Assembly (NCBI RefSeq): GCF_006345805.1
Contig: NC_043013.1
Location: forward strand, 40,114,001-40,178,000
Direction of reading: 5' to 3'
DNA from: Octopus sinensis
Taxonomy: Eukaryota
DNA length: 64,000 bases
Both the position numbers and the translations under genes were made by a program. The notes beneath the pieces were generated by a model that did no database searches, had not been told where the DNA came from, and worked only from the letters and a program-made list of their open reading frames with translations. Numbering within the stretch: position 1 is the first letter of the stretch; the number at the start of each line of letters is the position of its first letter. Positions 1 through 12,903 of this stretch are shown in pieces.

Positions 1-599
1 GCTAATAGTCCGCACGTTCTGCATTTCTTCTCTTTAATGTTAGCGCTTGCAACAATAAATGATTATTATCTAGATCTGTACAAACAGTGCTAACTCATCC
101 GCCGATAAGGCGGTTTTAATTTAAAATATTGAAAACCAGGGTAAATATATTAAATACATGAACCTTTGTACAAGTATATAAAGTTAAATGAATTTTATAT
201 TCGATTAATCACAGTCACAACAAAAACCTATTAATCATGAAATTAGTGAGTCGAAAAATATTGGAAAATGTTTTCAAATTGATGTTGTCAATATGGTGTA
301 CCTTGGCAGATAATCTTAGTTTGAGGGCAATATTATACTTAAAACTTGCTTATAAAAACTTGTTCGTTTTAAGAGATATTGTTGCGACTTAAATTTTTTT
401 TTTTTTTATATATATTTATTCGATGGTTGTGGCTCTAATGCAGTGCTTCGTGTTTTCTGTGTAGATGAACAGGAGATTGTTAAGATTCAGTGAAAAGATG
501 ATAACGACTTTAGAATCAAGCTCATTTATGATGATTAATGCTAAATTTTTTAAACTCGTGAATATTTTTTTCGGAATTTCTCTTTTTGCTGTTTTAACA

Positions 600-1010
600 T
601 AGGTGTGGCTCTGAGCTAAGAAGTTTGCTTCCCAACCACATGGTTCCAGGTTCAATTCCACAGCGTAGAATCTTGGGCAACGGTCTTCTACAATAGTCTC
701 GGACTTTAGTTGACAGAAACTGAAAGAAGCCCTATATATACGTGCAGGCGTGGCTGTGTGGTAAGTAGCTTGCTTCCTAACTACATGGTTCTGGGTTCAG
801 TCTCACAGTGTCTTCTGCTATAGCTTCAGGCCGACAAAAGCCTTGTGATTGGATTTGGTAGGCGGAAACTGAAAGAAGCCCGTCGTATATATGTGTGTGT
901 CTTTGTGTATCTGTGTTTATCCCCCCACTATTGCAAGACGATCGATGTTGGTGTGTTTACATCCCCTAAATTAGTGGCTCGGCGAAAGAGAAAGATAGTA
1001 TGATTACCAA
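600..1010 (+). mobile_element. Two adjacent copies of tRNA-derived SINE family A (first partial)
   Basis: tRNA-like head GGCGTGGCTGTGTGGTAAG..GGTTCAGTC, then GGAAACTGAAAGAAGCCCGTCG and an internal TA/TG microsatellite; same sequence recurs more than 10 times in the window. Confidence 0.85.
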
Positions 1011-1054
1011 ATAAAACAAATAGGCCATCATCTATAAACAATATTTCGGGAATG

Positions 1055-1450
1055 AAGGCGGTGAGCTGGTAGAAACGTTAGCACGCCGGGCGGAATGCTT
1101 TGCGGTATTTCGTCTGCCGATACGTTCTGAGTTCAAATTTGCCGAGGTCGACTTTGCCTTTCATCCTTTCGAGGTCGATTAAATAAGTACCAGTTACGCA
1201 CTGGAGTCGATATAATCGACTTAATCGCTTTGTCTGTCCTTGTTTGTCCTCTCTGTGTCTAGCCACTTGTGGGTAGTAAAGAAATAGGTATTTAGCCTGT
1301 CTTTACGTTCTGAGTTCAAATTCCGCCGAGGTCGACTTTACCTTTCATCTTTTCGAGGTCAATAAATTAAGTACAGTTGCCTGCTGGGGTCGATCTAATC
1401 GACTGGTTCCCTCCCCAAAAATTTCGAGCCTTGTGCTTAGAGTAGAAAAG
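1055..1450 (+). mobile_element. SINE family B with two internal core units
   Basis: Head AAGGCGGTGAGCTGGTAGAAACGTTAGC; core GTTCTGAGTTCAAATT..GGTCGACTTTGCCTTTCATCCTTTCG..GTCGAT present twice; 3' end GCCTTGTGCTTAGAGTAGAAAAG. Confidence 0.85.
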
Positions 1451-1672
1451 AATATTTTGGGAATGAATAAAAATAATTTAAGGTGCGATTTTTTTTATGA
1501 TATGCGTGTATCGTTGAGTTTGAACTCTAGATCCCATGCTAAATGTCGAAAGGTACATCAGAATATTTTAAACAAATTATAGTATAAATTTTCTGGTGTA
1601 TAATTTCATGTTGAAAACCAGAGTCTGTGATAGGTGAGAGTCGTTTTTCGAAGATGAATACCGTCAAAACTA

Positions 1673-2002
1673 CCATTGGTACTTCGTCGGTTGCGACGAT
1701 CGGGGTTTCAGTTGATCCAATCGACGGAACAGCTTGATCGTGAAATTAACATGCAAGTGGCTGGGGACTCCACAAAAGGTATACCCTCAACGTAGTTCTC
1801 AGGGAAATTCAACGTGACACAGAGTGTGACAAGGCTGGCCCTTTGAACTACAGATACAACTCATTTTTGCCAGTTGAGAGAACTGGAGCAACGTGAAATA
1901 AAGTGTCTTGCTCAAGGACACAAGACGTCGCCGGGAATTGAACTCGCGATGCTACGATCGTAATCCGAAGACCCTCACTACCAAGTCACGCGCTTTCACG
2001 CT
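1673..2002 (-). mobile_element. tRNA-derived SINE family C with 10-bp target site duplication
   Basis: Minus-strand tRNA head followed by GTGTCCTTGAGCAAGACACTTTATTTCACGTTGCTCCAG; flanked by direct repeat GTCAAAACTA at 1663-1672 and 2003-2012. Confidence 0.85.
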
Positions 2003-2124
2003 GTCAAAACTAGAGGTGAGATAATAGACTTAAATATCGAATTGGATTGCTTTTGGTAGGGAACAATTTAAACCAATCAGTCACAGAATTCGTGTTATTT
2101 CAGAGGAATAAGTGGGAAACTATG

Positions 2125-2450
2125 TGAAGGCGCATGGTTCACTTGTTAGAGCGTTGGGCTCACAATCATGAGGTAGCGAGTTCGATTCCCGGACCGGGCT
2201 GTGTGTTGTGTTCTTGAGCAAGACACTTTAATTTACGTTGCTCCAGTTCACTCATCTATAGAAATAAGTTGCGACGTCACAGCTGCCAAGTTGTATTAGC
2301 CTTTGACTTTCCCTTGGATAACATCGGTAACGTGGATAGGGGAGGCTGGTATACATGGGCGACTGCTGGTCTTCCACGAACAACCTCGGTGGGGAACTTC
2401 TTAGGGTGCAATCCCATAGCCCTTCATAACCGAAGGGAGTCTTTACTCTT
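2125..2450 (+). mobile_element. tRNA-derived SINE family D (shares head with family C)
   Basis: B-box GAGTTCGATTCC, TGTTCTTGAGCAAGACAC domain; body similar to 53500-53825. Confidence 0.75.
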
Positions 2451-3029
2451 TAACCCTTTAAGGAAACTGACGAGTTTAAGAATTACACAGTCTAGAACAG
2501 CAGTTCCCAACGGCAGCTCCCAGGGTCACATGCGGTCCTCAAGCATCCTTCCGGCAGCCCTCAACGATCTTCTCTCTATAAATACAATAATTTTTTCTTT
2601 AATTGACTTGCATTTTTGTTGGTGGGTGCGTTCCTCTAAAAAATCCAGGTTTTAGATTTGGCCCTGGATATTAAAATGATTGAGGACCGCGTGACTAGAA
2701 TGTATTTGCTAATGATGCCAATAATTTTTCTAAGATTGTGTGAATTGTCTTCATGGCCCTTAGAAGTGAACTATAGATTTTGTAGTTCTAAACTCGGCCC
2801 TTGTCTTCAATATCTACATCGGTGACAAATGTTCAGCAAAGTTATTCTTTTTTTTTTTAAGCATGTTGTTTTAGGAAGTTGAGAGGAATCTATGGTTTAT
2901 CTCGTACAGATTTTTAGTTGTATTGAATTATGCAAAAATGTTTGTGTTGGTTTTAAGCTTATATAATTCGATTTTAATTCTGTATGGAAGCAGTTTGGAG
3001 ACTCTTATTTTCCAGGACTTTACTTTCGT

Positions 3030-3210
3030 TCAGGACTTTACTTTCGTTCGACGAAACAGCAGCGGGCTGGAAGTGTCCCCGTGGCAGGCCGCGCACCAGC
3101 TACCTGGACGTGAGCACTGGGAGACCTTGTCGGCTCTACGCACGATGGCGCCTCTAAGACTACTAACCTTGGATGACCCCAGCTCCATCGAGTAGTAGTA
3201 GTAGTAGTAG
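3030..3210 (+). mobile_element. 3' stub of an RTE-clade LINE
   Basis: Translates to ..KCPRGRPRTSYLD.., typical of RTE ORF2 C-termini, and ends in a (TAG)n tail. Confidence 0.55.
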
Positions 3211-3319
3211 GTTAATGACTTTTGCAAAAGATGATATATGTATGTATATATATATATATGTATGTATATGTATGTGTATATATGTGTGTGTGTATGTGTA
3301 GTATTAGATAACAAGACTA

Positions 3320-3378
<59 letters not shown>

Positions 3379-3734
3379 TCAAGTATATAAATATTAAAAT
3401 ATAAATATAATTATAATTAAGGGCTACTGGAAAGACCAGCCGCCTTGTTTTCTATAAAAGTACTTTCATAACTAATTCGTAAGAGGGAATGGCAATACTT
3501 TTGGTAGAACGATGTAGGTGGTGTTTCGTCATACTTAAGATGATGAGTTCGTTGCTATATAAAGCGGTCTACTACAAGGATTATAGCACTGGGGAAGGGA
3601 CAACTTAGACAAACTAATACAATTTGGAGAGTAATATAAATGTTTTTCGGATGAATAATTAATAAAAGAACAATAGCTGTCTTTTCTTCCGAGTTTTAGA
3701 TTGTATTAAGATATACTGAAGAAAATATTTTGCA

Positions 3735-3908
3735 TAGGCGCAGACGTGGTAGTGTGGTTAAAAAGCTCACTTTACAACCACGTAGTTCCGGGTTCGGTCC
3801 CACTGCGTTCCACCTTGAGCAAGTGTCTTCTACCATAGCTCCGGAGTCGACCGATGCCTTGTTATTGAATTTCATTGACGGAAACTGTACGTAAGCCTGT
3901 CCTATATA

Positions 3909-3940
<32 letters not shown>

Positions 3941-4150
3941 TCTTTGTCCTCACTCCCACCATGTGACAATTGGTGTTAGGGTTTTTTTTTATGTCTCTGT
4001 AACTTAGCGATTCAGCAAAAGATACCGCGAGTATAAGTACGAGACTTTAAAAAATAATAAATACCGGCGTCGATTTGTTCGACTAAACTCTTCAGGGTGG
4101 TGCTCCAGCATGGCAGCAATCCGATGACTGAAAGAAACACAAGAAAAAGA
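3735..4150 (+). mobile_element. SINE family A, near full length
   Basis: tRNA head, internal (TG)n, 3' GGTGCTCCAGCATGG..GACTGAAA. Confidence 0.85.
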
Positions 4151-4653
4151 ACAGGGTTACATTACAGCTTGGAGTAATGCTTCAGATGTATAAAAAGATG
4201 GGGAAATAGAAAAATAAATGGAGGCAGAGTTGAATCAATACTAAAACAGAAGTGGGAGTCACAGAGGTATCTGGTCGGTGAACTACAAAATGTCGTATCA
4301 AACTGAATTTTTTTCAAGGAGTAAGGGAGCTACAACTGGCTTAAATATCATAACAAGCATAAAATAATCTGTATTTGATTGACATATGAAAAATACATTA
4401 GTGAGTTCGAAGGTACACTTCCTTCGTCAGAGGAAGAAATGTAGGCAGATTAGAGTGTAGCTTGCGATTAACACGGTTACTCTTTTCCTCTTTTACTCTT
4501 TTACTTGTTTCAGTCATTTGACTGCGGCCATGCTGGAGCACCGCCTGTGAAATAAATGTTAAAAACTAAAAGGGCTTATTAAAGGCAGGCGTGTTTAAGC
4601 ATAAGGAGAATGCATTTGTGCGAATGATGGCAGAACACGTTTAGCCAATAGGT

Positions 4654-4692
<39 letters not shown>

Positions 4693-4957
4693 GTACATGT
4701 ATGTAGATATAATGGATAATAAAAAGAATGGTTTACACCTGGTAGTTGTGATTAATAATATATTCTCGTATATTCCATCGTCTGTCTTTTATTTGTTATA
4801 TATATATATATACACACACACATACATATTTATATATACATATATATGTATGTATATGTATAAATATATACATATATATTTGTATGTATATTTATGTGTG
4901 TGTGTGTGTGCGTGTGTGTGTGTGTGCGTGTGTGTATAGTATTAGATTAGAGGTATG

Positions 4958-4990
<33 letters not shown>

Positions 4991-4992
4991 AT

Positions 4993-5335
4993 ACATATTA
5001 TTTTTCAAGTATATAATTATAAAAATATAATTATAATTAAGACCTGCTGGAAAGACCAGCCGCCTGGGCTTGGAGTAGATGTCAAATACCTACAATTCAC
5101 TCTAAGATTTATTCTCTATATTCAACCACATGCGAGGAAATAAGCAAGAAAATATTCAAATAAACAAGAAAATATTCAAAATTATTCGACTTGTGGTTGA
5201 ACATAGAGAACAAATCTTAGTGTGGATTGTAAGTATTTTACATCTACTTCTAGCGCATGGGGGATGGTCTTTCAGTAGCCCTTGATTATATTTTTATAAT
5301 TATATACTTAAAAAATTAATTTTACCTATACGGTC
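4993..5335. mobile_element. Old fold-back element (arms about 4993-5130 and 5192-5333)
   Basis: Two roughly 140-bp arms are diverged reverse complements around a 60-bp loop; the left terminus also occurs at about 3385-3445. Confidence 0.7.
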
Positions 5336-5439
5336 ATTTTTATGTGATAGGCCACTGATATAAACATTTTGATTCTATCCTTTTAAGTGTATATACATAG
5401 ATACATATATGAAAAGAAACATACCATTCAGTATAGTAA

Positions 5440-6150
5440 GATTTATGTACTCAATAGTTACAGACACAGATAGAGAAAACAATTCACTGGTAGAACTAAA
5501 TACGTTCCTTCAAAAACAGAAATAACCCCCTCCCCTGCCTCCCCTACCCCACCCAAAAAATATAATAAATCCTGCTTAACCGAAGAAAAAGAAATCCCGA
5601 TCTCTGTCTTATTAAGAAATACTCACACCGAGAATGAAAACGAAAATAGAAATAGAAATATTCCGTTTGTAGTAACCCATAATACTAGGAACCACAACAT
5701 CCTGCATTCAGCCAAACGATACAACCCGATTCTATGTCAGTTATCCAATGTCCGAGCAATAATTAAAAAAAAATTACGAATCATCAACAGCCGAAGACAA
5801 CCACCAAAATCTCAAGAGACTCCTTACAAAGGCGAGATTCACATCGGAGAAAGAAATAATGCTGGTAACAAGTTGTGGAGACCTTCGTTGTGGGAGCAAA
5901 AAATTTCATCTAGTGCAACACAATGCACAATGTAACGAGAATTACATTGGGGAAACAAGAACAACACTAACTAGCAGTATGAACGTACATAGACAACAAA
6001 TTACAGATTCATCTATTACAAATGGTCCATGTTGTAAACATTTAGACATTTGTGCAAATGGGAAATGTAAAGTATTCCCCTTTTACAAAATAAAAGATGA
6101 AAATGATCAACTACGAAAGATAAAAGGAGAATTCTATATCCGAAACTAAA
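5440..6150 (+). pseudogene. Decayed Penelope-like element C-terminus with GIY-YIG endonuclease (Neptune-like)
   Basis: NIPFVVTHNTRNHNI, CGDLRCG, CNENYIGETRTTL..MNVHRQQI, KHLDIC, PFYKIK motifs; several frameshifts. Confidence 0.8.
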
Positions 6151-6518
6151 CCAGAAATATTGACTATCATTACAAAAAACGACTTCTATACACATTAGCC
6201 AAGAAAACGTGCTTGAAAATTTGATTAGCGAAATCGCTTACACACAAAGTTCTCAGTAGACATAAAATACGCACTGTATACAAACTTCTTTTCCAAAGGT
6301 TACTGACATTCTGTTAAATTAAGCATTTTTGAAGCAGTTAATAACCTTTAAAAACATCTTTATTGAGACTGGATCGATTTTTTGAAAAGATTTTAATTAC
6401 ATATACACACACACACACACGCACATGTATATACGCACACATATATACGTATAGGTACTAGTAAATATATCCGTGCATATATATGTATATATATATCGGT
6501 ACATATGTATGTATACAA

Positions 6519-6588
<70 letters not shown>

Positions 6589-6949
6589 TGATAAAACGGA
6601 AGTAAGATAACAAAAGAAAGAAAGAGACCTCAATATTATGTAAATAGAGGAAATTTATCTATACAATATGTTACATTACTCGGTAGTCAAGATAGAAAAC
6701 TCTGAGTTTCAGATGCCGAAGTGGAAATCCACAACACCATCTCTTCGGTTATCTGGCTATTTGAAAACGTTATGAAAAAATACCGTTAAAAATGAAGGGA
6801 AATTACTCTGTTATAACTCTGCTTTGCCTGCGTACTTATACATCGCTCGCATTTTTCGTCATAAAAATTATATAAAAATACATAAAAATATATAAAAATA
6901 TATAAAAATATATAAAATCTTCTTGGGACATAACACAGAAAGCATGTTC

Positions 6950-9075
6950 TATCCGTTTTCTTTAGGGGACCAAAAACGTAACAGAAATTTAGTCACATGT
7001 GGGCATGATCCGAAAAGCTCTGTCCTTGTATTTAGACATGTGGTAGGGTCTAAGCTGCTTTTCCAGATAAGCCATCTCTCCATGTCGCATAAACCGCACC
7101 TTCCGCTGCCGTTAGTATAGGGCTTACATCTGGCCAAAATATTCCATTGTATGTTATAATCGACACCTTTATCTCTTAAAGACCAAATATGATTGGATAA
7201 TTGTGTCGCTTCTTTTGTTCCAGTGCCTAAAGCTCAAAGTGTGGTTATTGAACCTGGCCTTGAAATTACCCTCTGTCAGGCCCACGTATTTCTTCGTCGA
7301 AACGAAACGGTGTCTTTAGTGGTTATAGAGTTTACGGTAGCTTCATATATGATGGTCTTGGACATGCAAGCTCCATGTAGCGGGCACAATTCTTTATTCC
7401 TGCATGAACAGCTGTTTTCTTCTTGTGTTTTTTGTATGTTATGATTGATTATGTTTTTAAAATTGGTAGTTGAACTAAAACTAATTTTTAAATTGTGTCT
7501 ATTAAAGAGTTTCCTATAAGCATGGTTAACTGGAAAATGTCTATCTATCAGTGCTAGGAAATATTTACCTATATTGAAGGCCACCTCGGGTGAGTAAGGG
7601 GGCGTAAACCAGATGACCTTCCTATTTCTATTATTCCTTTTCCTTATTGTTGGGCTGGTGATAGGTGTATATTTTATTTTTTCGCTAAAACCACTAACTT
7701 TTAAAGCTTTATTATAAACTGGGGCAACGCTATTGAAGATGTCCTCATTAGATGAGAGGCTAGAAATCCTCTTACTAATATTTTTAACTAAATTTTTGAA
7801 TACTATAGGGGGATGGCATGAACCTACATTAATATAACTTAGTCTATCATTGGGCTTCCTATAAGGCTTATAAATATTATCATTAGATCTAAGGAAACGT
7901 CTAAGAAATTGACAACCGTCAGGTTAGTGTCTATAGTTATACTAAGTCCGAAGTGTTTCATTAACTGGATAATATCCTTCCTAAAACGATCTTGTGCTGG
8001 TCCATTTGTATTAGCTGTTAAGGCGAGGGCATCATCTTTGTAGATGGCGAAATGTACGTTAGGGAATGTCTTACCGAAGGTATCTAGGAGAAAGAGTCCA
8101 ATTAGATCACAGATGCCTGCCCCATCATATGAACCCATGCTCACATCGAAAGCGCCCTCCGTGTCGGTGTTTTTTACCCACTTTGCATTCTCACTGAAAA
8201 GTAATGTCTTTCTAGCATGGAAGATTATATCCTTATCATTGGTACTAATTTCTATGAAGTCACTAGCGAAGATTAGATTAGCTTTATCTAGCAGTTCTTT
8301 AGAGATAGAGGCATAAAAATCACAATATCGAATTGTGTAAACCTCGCTTTTTTCTTATTCTTAATAGCTTTAAACCAGTCTACGACTTCTATACTATTGG
8401 ACCATTGCACTAGCCTAGTATCGGTCTTAATTTTCGTATTTATTTTATCTAAAATTTCTTTGCTAATAATCCCTAGTTCTGACTTGGCTGGGTTGATAAG
8501 CCTACATTAGGGTTGGAAAGGAAGTTTTCTTTGTGGTCTTTAATAGTAATAAAGGCCTCTTTTTGGGGGAGGGTTTCTATTTTTTATCTAATTTAAGTTT
8601 AGCGGCGATGACGCTAGCTTCTTTATTAATTTCGTTATATGTCTGTGCCCTAGCCTTAGTATAATTATTAATGATGCTGTTGTGTAAGAGTTGTGTGTAT
8701 TTGCTGTTATCTACCAGGTATAAGTTCTTGGTTTTATCCGAAAAAAGTGCTTTTTTCTTGGAGCTTTTTATATGATCAATATTTTTTCAATTTATGTTGG
8801 AAATTGTTAAAAGACTTACGAAACTTTATTTTGCTCATGATCTTCAGCAGGTCCGCTTCGAAATCTTCCAAGCCTTTAATCCTAGGAGGGAATTTTTTGG
8901 ATTTTATCCGATAGCAAATGTTTTCCTTGGTGTTCGCTTCTGTGTCAAAAAAGAAAGCCTTCCATCTCATACGCTTAATTACATCAGTAATTTTTTGCAG
9001 AAGTTTCTTAGAGTAAAAATCCTTTGATGGGATCGGTATATTTTTCATAGAATAATCTATGTGATATGCGTCCAT
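6950..9075 (-). pseudogene. Frameshifted PLE ORF: reverse transcriptase plus C-terminal GIY-YIG endonuclease (probably Hydra clade)
   Basis: SMKNIPIPS..KRMRWKAFF N-terminus; MGSYDGAGICDLIGLF and YKDD RT motifs; CSCRNKELCPLHGAC linker; KYVGLTEGNFK..NNH; CGLC; LNTRTELFGSCPH. Confidence 0.9.
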
Positions 9076-9757
9076 ATTAGATTCTTTTGTTTGTGAGAGT
9101 CCTCAACCGATGTTAGGCGATAATCCCAAAAAGGTCGTATTAGCTCTTGCATGTCCAAGACCATCATATATGAAGCTACCGTAAACTCTATAACCACTAA
9201 AGACACCGTTTCGACGAAGAAATACGTGGGCCTGACAGAGGGTAATTTCAAGGCCATGTTCAATAACCACACTTTGAGCTTTAGGCACTGGAACAAAAGA
9301 AAAGCGACACAATTATCCAATCATATTTGGTCTTTAAGAGATAAAGGTGTCGATTATAACATACAATGGAAGATTTTGGCCAGATGTAAGCCCTATACTA
9401 ACGGCAGCGGAAGGTGCGGTTTATGCGACATGGAGAGATGGCTTATCTGGAAAAGCAGCTTAGACCCTACCACATGTCTAAATACAAGGACAGAGCTTTT
9501 CGGATCATGCCCCATGTGACTAAATTTCTGTTACGTTTTTGGTCCCCTAAAGAAAACGGATAGAACATGCTTTCTGTGTTATGTCCCAAGAAGATTTTAT
9601 ATATTTTTATATATTTTTATATATTTTTATGTATTTTTATATAATTTTTATGACGAAAAATGCGAGCGATGTATAAGTACGCAGGCAAAGCAGAGTTATA
9701 ACAGAGTAATTTCCCTTCATTTTTAACGGTATTTTTTCATAACGTTTTCAAATAGCC

Positions 9758-9820
9758 AGATAACCGAAGAGATGGTGTTGTGGATTTCCACTTCGGCATC
9801 TGAAACTCAGAGTTTTATCT
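9758..9820 (+). ncRNA. Type I hammerhead-like motif, family 1, in the PLE 3' pseudo-LTR (also 6690-6754 minus, 49985-50047 minus, 50355-50417 plus)
   Basis: AGATAA-CCGAAGA-GATG..CATC-T-GAAAC-TCAGA-GTT-TTATCT: 6-bp stem I, near-palindromic stem III, sense orientation downstream of the ORF; non-canonical U4C and an extra U before G12. Confidence 0.6.
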
Positions 9821-9849
9821 TGACTACCGAGTAATGTAACATATTGTAT

Positions 9850-9900
<51 letters not shown>

Positions 9901-10832
9901 CATATATATATAATTACACACACACATATATCAAATACATATACATATAGACATATGTGTGTGTGTGTGTGGTATCCAAGTCCTCTTCTTACTGTACACT
10001 GGTTGATTTTTTTTTAGTATTCTTGCCTCACGTGACATAATAAGACAAAATAAATCGCCCACAATATCCTTTTAGCATTATATTTTATTTCCTAAACTTT
10101 AAAATTTCCAAACTCTAATCTGTGTTTCTTCTCCTAAAACTAAAACTTCATAAATAATACAATTAAAACCATTCTTGCTGCCGGTGAAAAACATAATTCT
10201 ATTCAGTTACTCTATGTATTTCTTAAAATGTCTGTCTGGTTATTTCGCCCATATCGACGGTATTTTTCATTATGATCGCATAATCCTGCTTTTGTATCTC
10301 CCACTAAAAAGTCATTCTGGTAATAAGTCTGCTATGTAAAATTTCTGTTTCTTTTTTTTTTTACTTCTTTTCAATTTATCCCACGCTAATATAGTATTCT
10401 ATTCAGGGCAACTATATCAAATACATTTATAACTCTTTTGATATATTTAAATTCCTTTTAGTGATTTTTATTATACAATTTTCCAAGATATCAGATCTTT
10501 TTAGTTTGCTAAATTAGATCACCTGTAAATCATTGTGGCATTTCATATTACTCTGTTTGTCTTCTTTGTCTTATTCCGCATCTCCACGTTTATCCACTAA
10601 CTCAAAACGTGTTCAAATTTAATATGATTTAATGTTAATTTTCAATAGATCTTTTTTCTATATTTTTCCTTCTAATGCAGTCATTTTGAAAATCTGTCTG
10701 CTATTAGATTTCCGTTCTCAACTAGGATGATTGATATTGTAAAGTACACCAAGTAATTGAGAACAAAATATTCTGAAAACAGTGAAATAGTCCTATACAT
10801 GATTACGGTTGACTAGAAATTCTAAGAACTTC

Positions 10833-11180
10833 GGGCAAGTATCTTCTACTATAGCCTCGGGCCGACCAAAGCCTCGTGAGTGGATTTGGTCGACGGAAAC
10901 TGAAAGAAGCCCGTCGTATATATGTATATATATATGTGTGTGTGTGTGAGAGAGAAAGAGAGAGAGTTTGTGTGTCTGTGTTTGTACCCCCAACATCGCT
11001 TGACAACCGATGCTGATGTGTTTACGTCCCCGTAACTTAGCAGTTCGGCAAAAGAGACCGATAGAATAAGTACTAGACTTACAAAGAATAAGTCCTGGGA
11101 TCGATTTGCTCGACTAAAGACGGTGCTCCAGCATGGCCACAGTCAAATGACTGAAACAAATAAAAAAGTAAAAGAGTAAA
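10833..11180 (+). mobile_element. SINE family A, 5'-truncated
   Basis: Family A body and (AAAAGAGT)-type tail. Confidence 0.9.
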
Positions 11181-12124
11181 TGAACACTATACGTCTTTTA
11201 CCACATTCCTTAATTTCAGTTTCATATCTCTGATCCCACTAAATATTATGAATAAATTATATCCCTTGTATTAACTGTCTACTAGGGGACACCACGTGTA
11301 ATTTAGGCCACATAGCGTTACGTTATCTATACAACGCATCCAATTTTGGTTGGATGTACTATTTATTATTCGTTACAAACACTTCTACTGTCACTAATAG
11401 CTAATTTATTCACAGCCCGCCAGCTTTTCGCGACATCACTGACTATTTGGCCATTATTATATTATATCGGTTCGACTGATTTTCTTTCTGATATTCGATG
11501 CGAGATTGACTATCGCTGATGATCCGTAACTAACGATGAAATCATGTAATACAGTATTGTTGTCCAGTAGTGCAGATGATAATTTCGTCAGCCGATATAT
11601 TCGGTGTTTAATTAGCAATCGTCGTCAACACGGGATAGAATCTCTGCATTTTTACAGTAGCTTAAGATGATCTAAACAGAACATCCAAATAAGGCTGGAG
11701 GTTTTAATCGTTATTCGTTACATTAGGTCGTCTTCCATTTCTGGCACACTAAAGCTGAATTCACAGATTCCGGAAGTATCCTGCAGAATATGAAGTACAC
11801 TTTGTACCTGCCAGTCAGTTTCATTTCCCTAATGGCCAACTCAGTGTCGATGGGATCGTACCTAGTCGTAAACCAGGGAATCGCACTCCGTCGAAAGTCG
11901 AAAGGGGCGACAGTTGTCAATGATTGGTTCTACCGTTCTTGAACGTGTAGTTCTTACCTCAATTTGTTCGAATTTAGTGATGTATATGTTAGTATATGTA
12001 CGTATATAGATATATACGTCTATACGTATATGAGTATGTGTGTGTGTATGTTTATACATATGCGTGCATGTATATGTATGTATATATATGTATATATATA
12101 TGCATATATGTCTATATATATATA

Positions 12125-12157
<33 letters not shown>

Positions 12158-12159
12158 TG

Positions 12160-12286
<127 letters not shown>

Positions 12287-12903
12287 TAGAAATATTAAAA
12301 TTACTAAGTCTCTCTAAAGGAGATTACGGCAGCGTTACTGGATATTAATAGTTATCGCCATACTAATATGGCAGTCTATAAATATAAGACTAAAGCTGTC
12401 GCTGTTTAGCTCCAAGAGGCCATCGCCTCTAGCTAGCTATATGACACACGAACCTGCGTCCATTACAACCTTCGAACAGGGGAGGTCAGCCGCTTCACCT
12501 TGCTAGTCAGACATCTGCAGACATGTTTCAGGGTTGTTGCCCTTTATCAATGCAGCGTAGTCAGAACCAGCAGGTGTCGCTACTGACCGTCTGTTCGAAG
12601 ATTTTATTTACCTAATTACAGTGGAATACATCCACTTGTTTTCAATAATAGAAATATTAAGTCTCTCTAAAGGAGATTACGGCAGCGTTACTGGATATTA
12701 ATAGTTATCGTCATACTAATTCGAAGGTTGTAATGGACGCAGGTTCGTGTGTCATATAGCTAGCTAGAGGCGATGGCCTCTTGGAGCTAATCAGCGACAG
12801 CTTTAGTCTTATATTTATAGACTGCCATATTAGTATGGCGATAACTATTAATATCCAGTAACGCTGCCGTAATCTCCTTTAGAGAGACTTAGTAATTTTA
12901 ATA

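Larger units (their letters stand above)
6588..9850 (-). mobile_element. Near full-length Penelope-like retroelement with a roughly 710-bp inverted 5'-truncated partner copy, inserted in (TA)n
   Basis: 6660-7370 is an almost perfect reverse complement of 9146-9850; RT plus GIY-YIG ORF between; (TA)n on both flanks; extra 3' tail 6588-6659 on the main copy only. Confidence 0.92.

Noticed and set aside
2497-2560. CAGCAGTTCCCAAC start resembling a hAT/Charlie MITE terminus
   Set aside because: No matching right terminus or 8-bp TSD found.
3500-3560. Minus-strand CTCATCA-TC..GAC-GAAAC resembling a hammerhead
   Set aside because: Two core G positions are C, and stems I and III do not form.
4400-4440. 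Minus-strand CTGACGA-AGG..CCTTC-GAAC
   Set aside because: GAAA is incomplete and there is no stem III/UH or stem I pairing.
6200-6245. Possible hammerhead downstream of the Neptune-like endonuclease
   Set aside because: Too degenerate: no stem II and a poor core.
11400-11990. Unique-looking segment with short ORFs on both strands and some splice-like sites
   Set aside because: No recognisable motif and no consistent acceptor-donor pair.
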